Shown here: positions 62,528-64,000 of the stretch, piece after piece
How positions within the stretch are numbered: position 1 is the first letter of the stretch
Layout: every line of letters starts with the position of its first letter
NCBI GenBank assembly: GCA_963699755.1
Contig: CAVOVB010000001.1
Location: forward strand, 1,600,001-1,664,000
DNA: 64,000 nt
Source of the DNA: an uncultured delta proteobacterium
GTDB lineage: Bacteria > Myxococcota_A > Polyangia > Polyangiales > Houyiibacteriaceae
Direction: 5' to 3'
Program-made: the position numbers and the translations under genes
Notes under the pieces: model-generated
Seen by the model: the letters and a program-made list of their open reading frames with translations, nothing else
The model's database searches: none
What the model was told of the DNA's origin: nothing

Positions 62528-62953
62528 ATGTCGATTACGAACGAACAAGACAAAGCGAGACCGACCGGGACGCTCGGCGTAGAGCGCTGGGTGCAATTCG
62601 CTTATGCCGCGTGCGCCATCACGGTGGCTTGGTTTCTCATCAAGAGCAGCACGGCGGTTTGGACGATCTTGGCCGACAACGTCGACGCGGTTCCCGAGCC
62701 GAACAGCACGATGATCGCAGTTGGAGCCGGCCTCGTAGCGTTCATTTCGGCGGTCATCGCATATCGCTCCAGGAAGGTTCATACCTTTGTCCTCGAAGTC
62801 TGCGTCGAGCTTTCCAAAGTGAGCTGGCCTACGCGCAAGGAAACCTGGTCCCAGACGGTCGTCGTCCTCATCGTGTCCGTGATTGCGGCAATCATTCTCG
62901 GCGTATACGACGCGGTTTGGTCCCACATCACCGACCTCATTTACAACGTGTGA
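62528..62953 (+). CDS. secE: Preprotein translocase SecE (3-TM form)
   Basis: EVCVELSKVSWPTRKET plus TM. Confidence 0.93.
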   Translation: MSITNEQDKARPTGTLGVERWVQFAYAACAITVAWFLIKSSTAVWTILADNVDAVPEPNSTMIAVGAGLVAFISAVIAYRSRKVHTFVLEVCVELSKVSWPTRKETWSQTVVVLIVSVIAAIILGVYDAVWSHITDLIYNV

Positions 62954-62958
62954 GTCCA

Positions 62959-63483
62959 ATGAAGTGGTATGTCGTTCAGGCCTATTCGGGTTACGAAAGC
63001 AAAGTGAAGCTCTCGCTGGAAGAGCGAATTAAACAGGCCGGTATGGAAGGGCGCTTCGGGAACATTCTCATTCCGAAGGAAAACGTCCAGGAGAGCCGTG
63101 GCGGAAAGCGGCGGCTGAGCTCGCGCACGTTCTACCCGGGGTACATCTTTGTCCAGATGGACCTCGATGATCAGACCTGGCACCTCATCAAGGACACGCC
63201 CAAGGTCAATGGCTTCGTCGGAGGTCGGCACCCGTCGCCGGTTCCCGAGCGCGAGATCGCCGCGATCGAGCAACAGGTCGAAGAGGGCGCGGCCAAGCCG
63301 AAGCCTCGCGTCGAGTTCGAGAAGGGTGACCACGTCCGGGTCACCGGCGGCGCATTTGCCAACTTCACTGGCGCAATCGAAGAAGTGAACCACGAAAAGC
63401 ACAAGGTGCGTGTCTTGGTATCGATCTTCGGCCGCGCCACACCGGTCGAGCTGGACTACGCCCAGGTCGAGAAGACGAATTAG
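62959..63483 (+). CDS. nusG: Transcription antitermination factor NusG
   Basis: KWYVVQAYSGYE, YPGYIFV, KOW domain, VSIFGRATPVEL. Confidence 0.97.
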   Translation: MKWYVVQAYSGYESKVKLSLEERIKQAGMEGRFGNILIPKENVQESRGGKRRLSSRTFYPGYIFVQMDLDDQTWHLIKDTPKVNGFVGGRHPSPVPEREIAAIEQQVEEGAAKPKPRVEFEKGDHVRVTGGAFANFTGAIEEVNHEKHKVRVLVSIFGRATPVELDYAQVEKTN

Positions 63484-63603
63484 TCAGGCTCGTTGTCCAT
63501 CCCTAAATGGGGATGTATCCAAAGCGATCCAGATTTCACAGAAATCGGCTTGCATTATTCGTGCCCTGAGGCATGACTCGCCGCTCCGGAGAAGCCCGAA
63601 TCC

Positions 63604-64000
63604 ATGAAAAAGGTCATCGGACAGATCAAACTTCAGCTCCCTGCAGGGAAGGCGAACCCTTCTCCGCCGGTCGGGCCTGCGCTCGGCCAGCATGGCGTCA
63701 ACATCATGGCGTTCTGCAAGGAGTTCAACGCGAAGACTCAAAAGGATGCGGGTCTGATCATCCCAGTGGTGATCTCGGTTTACCAGGACCGCTCCTTCAG
63801 CTTCATCATGAAGACGCCGCCTGCGGCCATCTTGATCAAGAAGGCTTTGAATTTGGAGTCGGGCTCTGCGCGTCCGAACAAAGACAAGGTCGGCAAGATC
63901 ACGCGGGACCAGGTGAAGGAAATCGCTCAGGTCAAGCTTCAAGATACCAACGCGGGTTCGCTCGAGACATGCATGCAGAGCATCATCGGCACCGCGCGTT
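63604..64000 (+). CDS. rplK: 50S ribosomal protein L11 (runs off the window)
   Basis: [45 protein letters not shown]. Confidence 0.97.
   Translation, partial: MKKVIGQIKLQLPAGKANPSPPVGPALGQHGVNIMAFCKEFNAKTQKDAGLIIPVVISVYQDRSFSFIMKTPPAAILIKKALNLESGSARPNKDKVGKITRDQVKEIAQVKLQDTNAGSLETCMQSIIGTAR

Overview
High-GC window from a myxobacterium-like genome (Myxococcota/Polyangiales inferred from gene content: Ser/Thr kinase-PEGA, VWA and Cys/Gly-rich lipoproteins, GltJ/AgmX-like and MshEN-HEAT proteins). It is mostly core chromosome. It holds a type II glutamine synthetase, rnc, and an F1Fo ATP synthase split into divergent atpDC and atpF'FHAG blocks. It also holds prmA-rsmE, an rlmN-like gene, era-der, transaldolase-NAD kinase, murA-hisG-miaE, pepA, etfBA with a FadR-like TetR, and the tRNA-Thr/Tyr/Gly/Thr-tuf-rpmG-tRNA-Trp-secE-nusG-rplK locus. 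I saw no integrase, transposase, prophage or CRISPR array. The most unusual signals are intact ORFs that have lost their catalytic or cofactor residues: an orphan SdhC-like membrane protein without its heme histidines, a membrane-anchored sigma54-activator-like protein without ATPase or GAFTGA motifs (sitting between two HEAT-domain paralogs), and a PIN-like protein without its first catalytic Asp. Also notable are a sigma54-type promoter driving a tiny putative ssDNA-binding protein coupled to ComEA, a 4-copy ~110-nt structured repeat, and a ~190-nt nested inverted repeat. Frameshifts in four genes most likely reflect assembly errors. All family assignments come from motif recognition by eye, not database searches.
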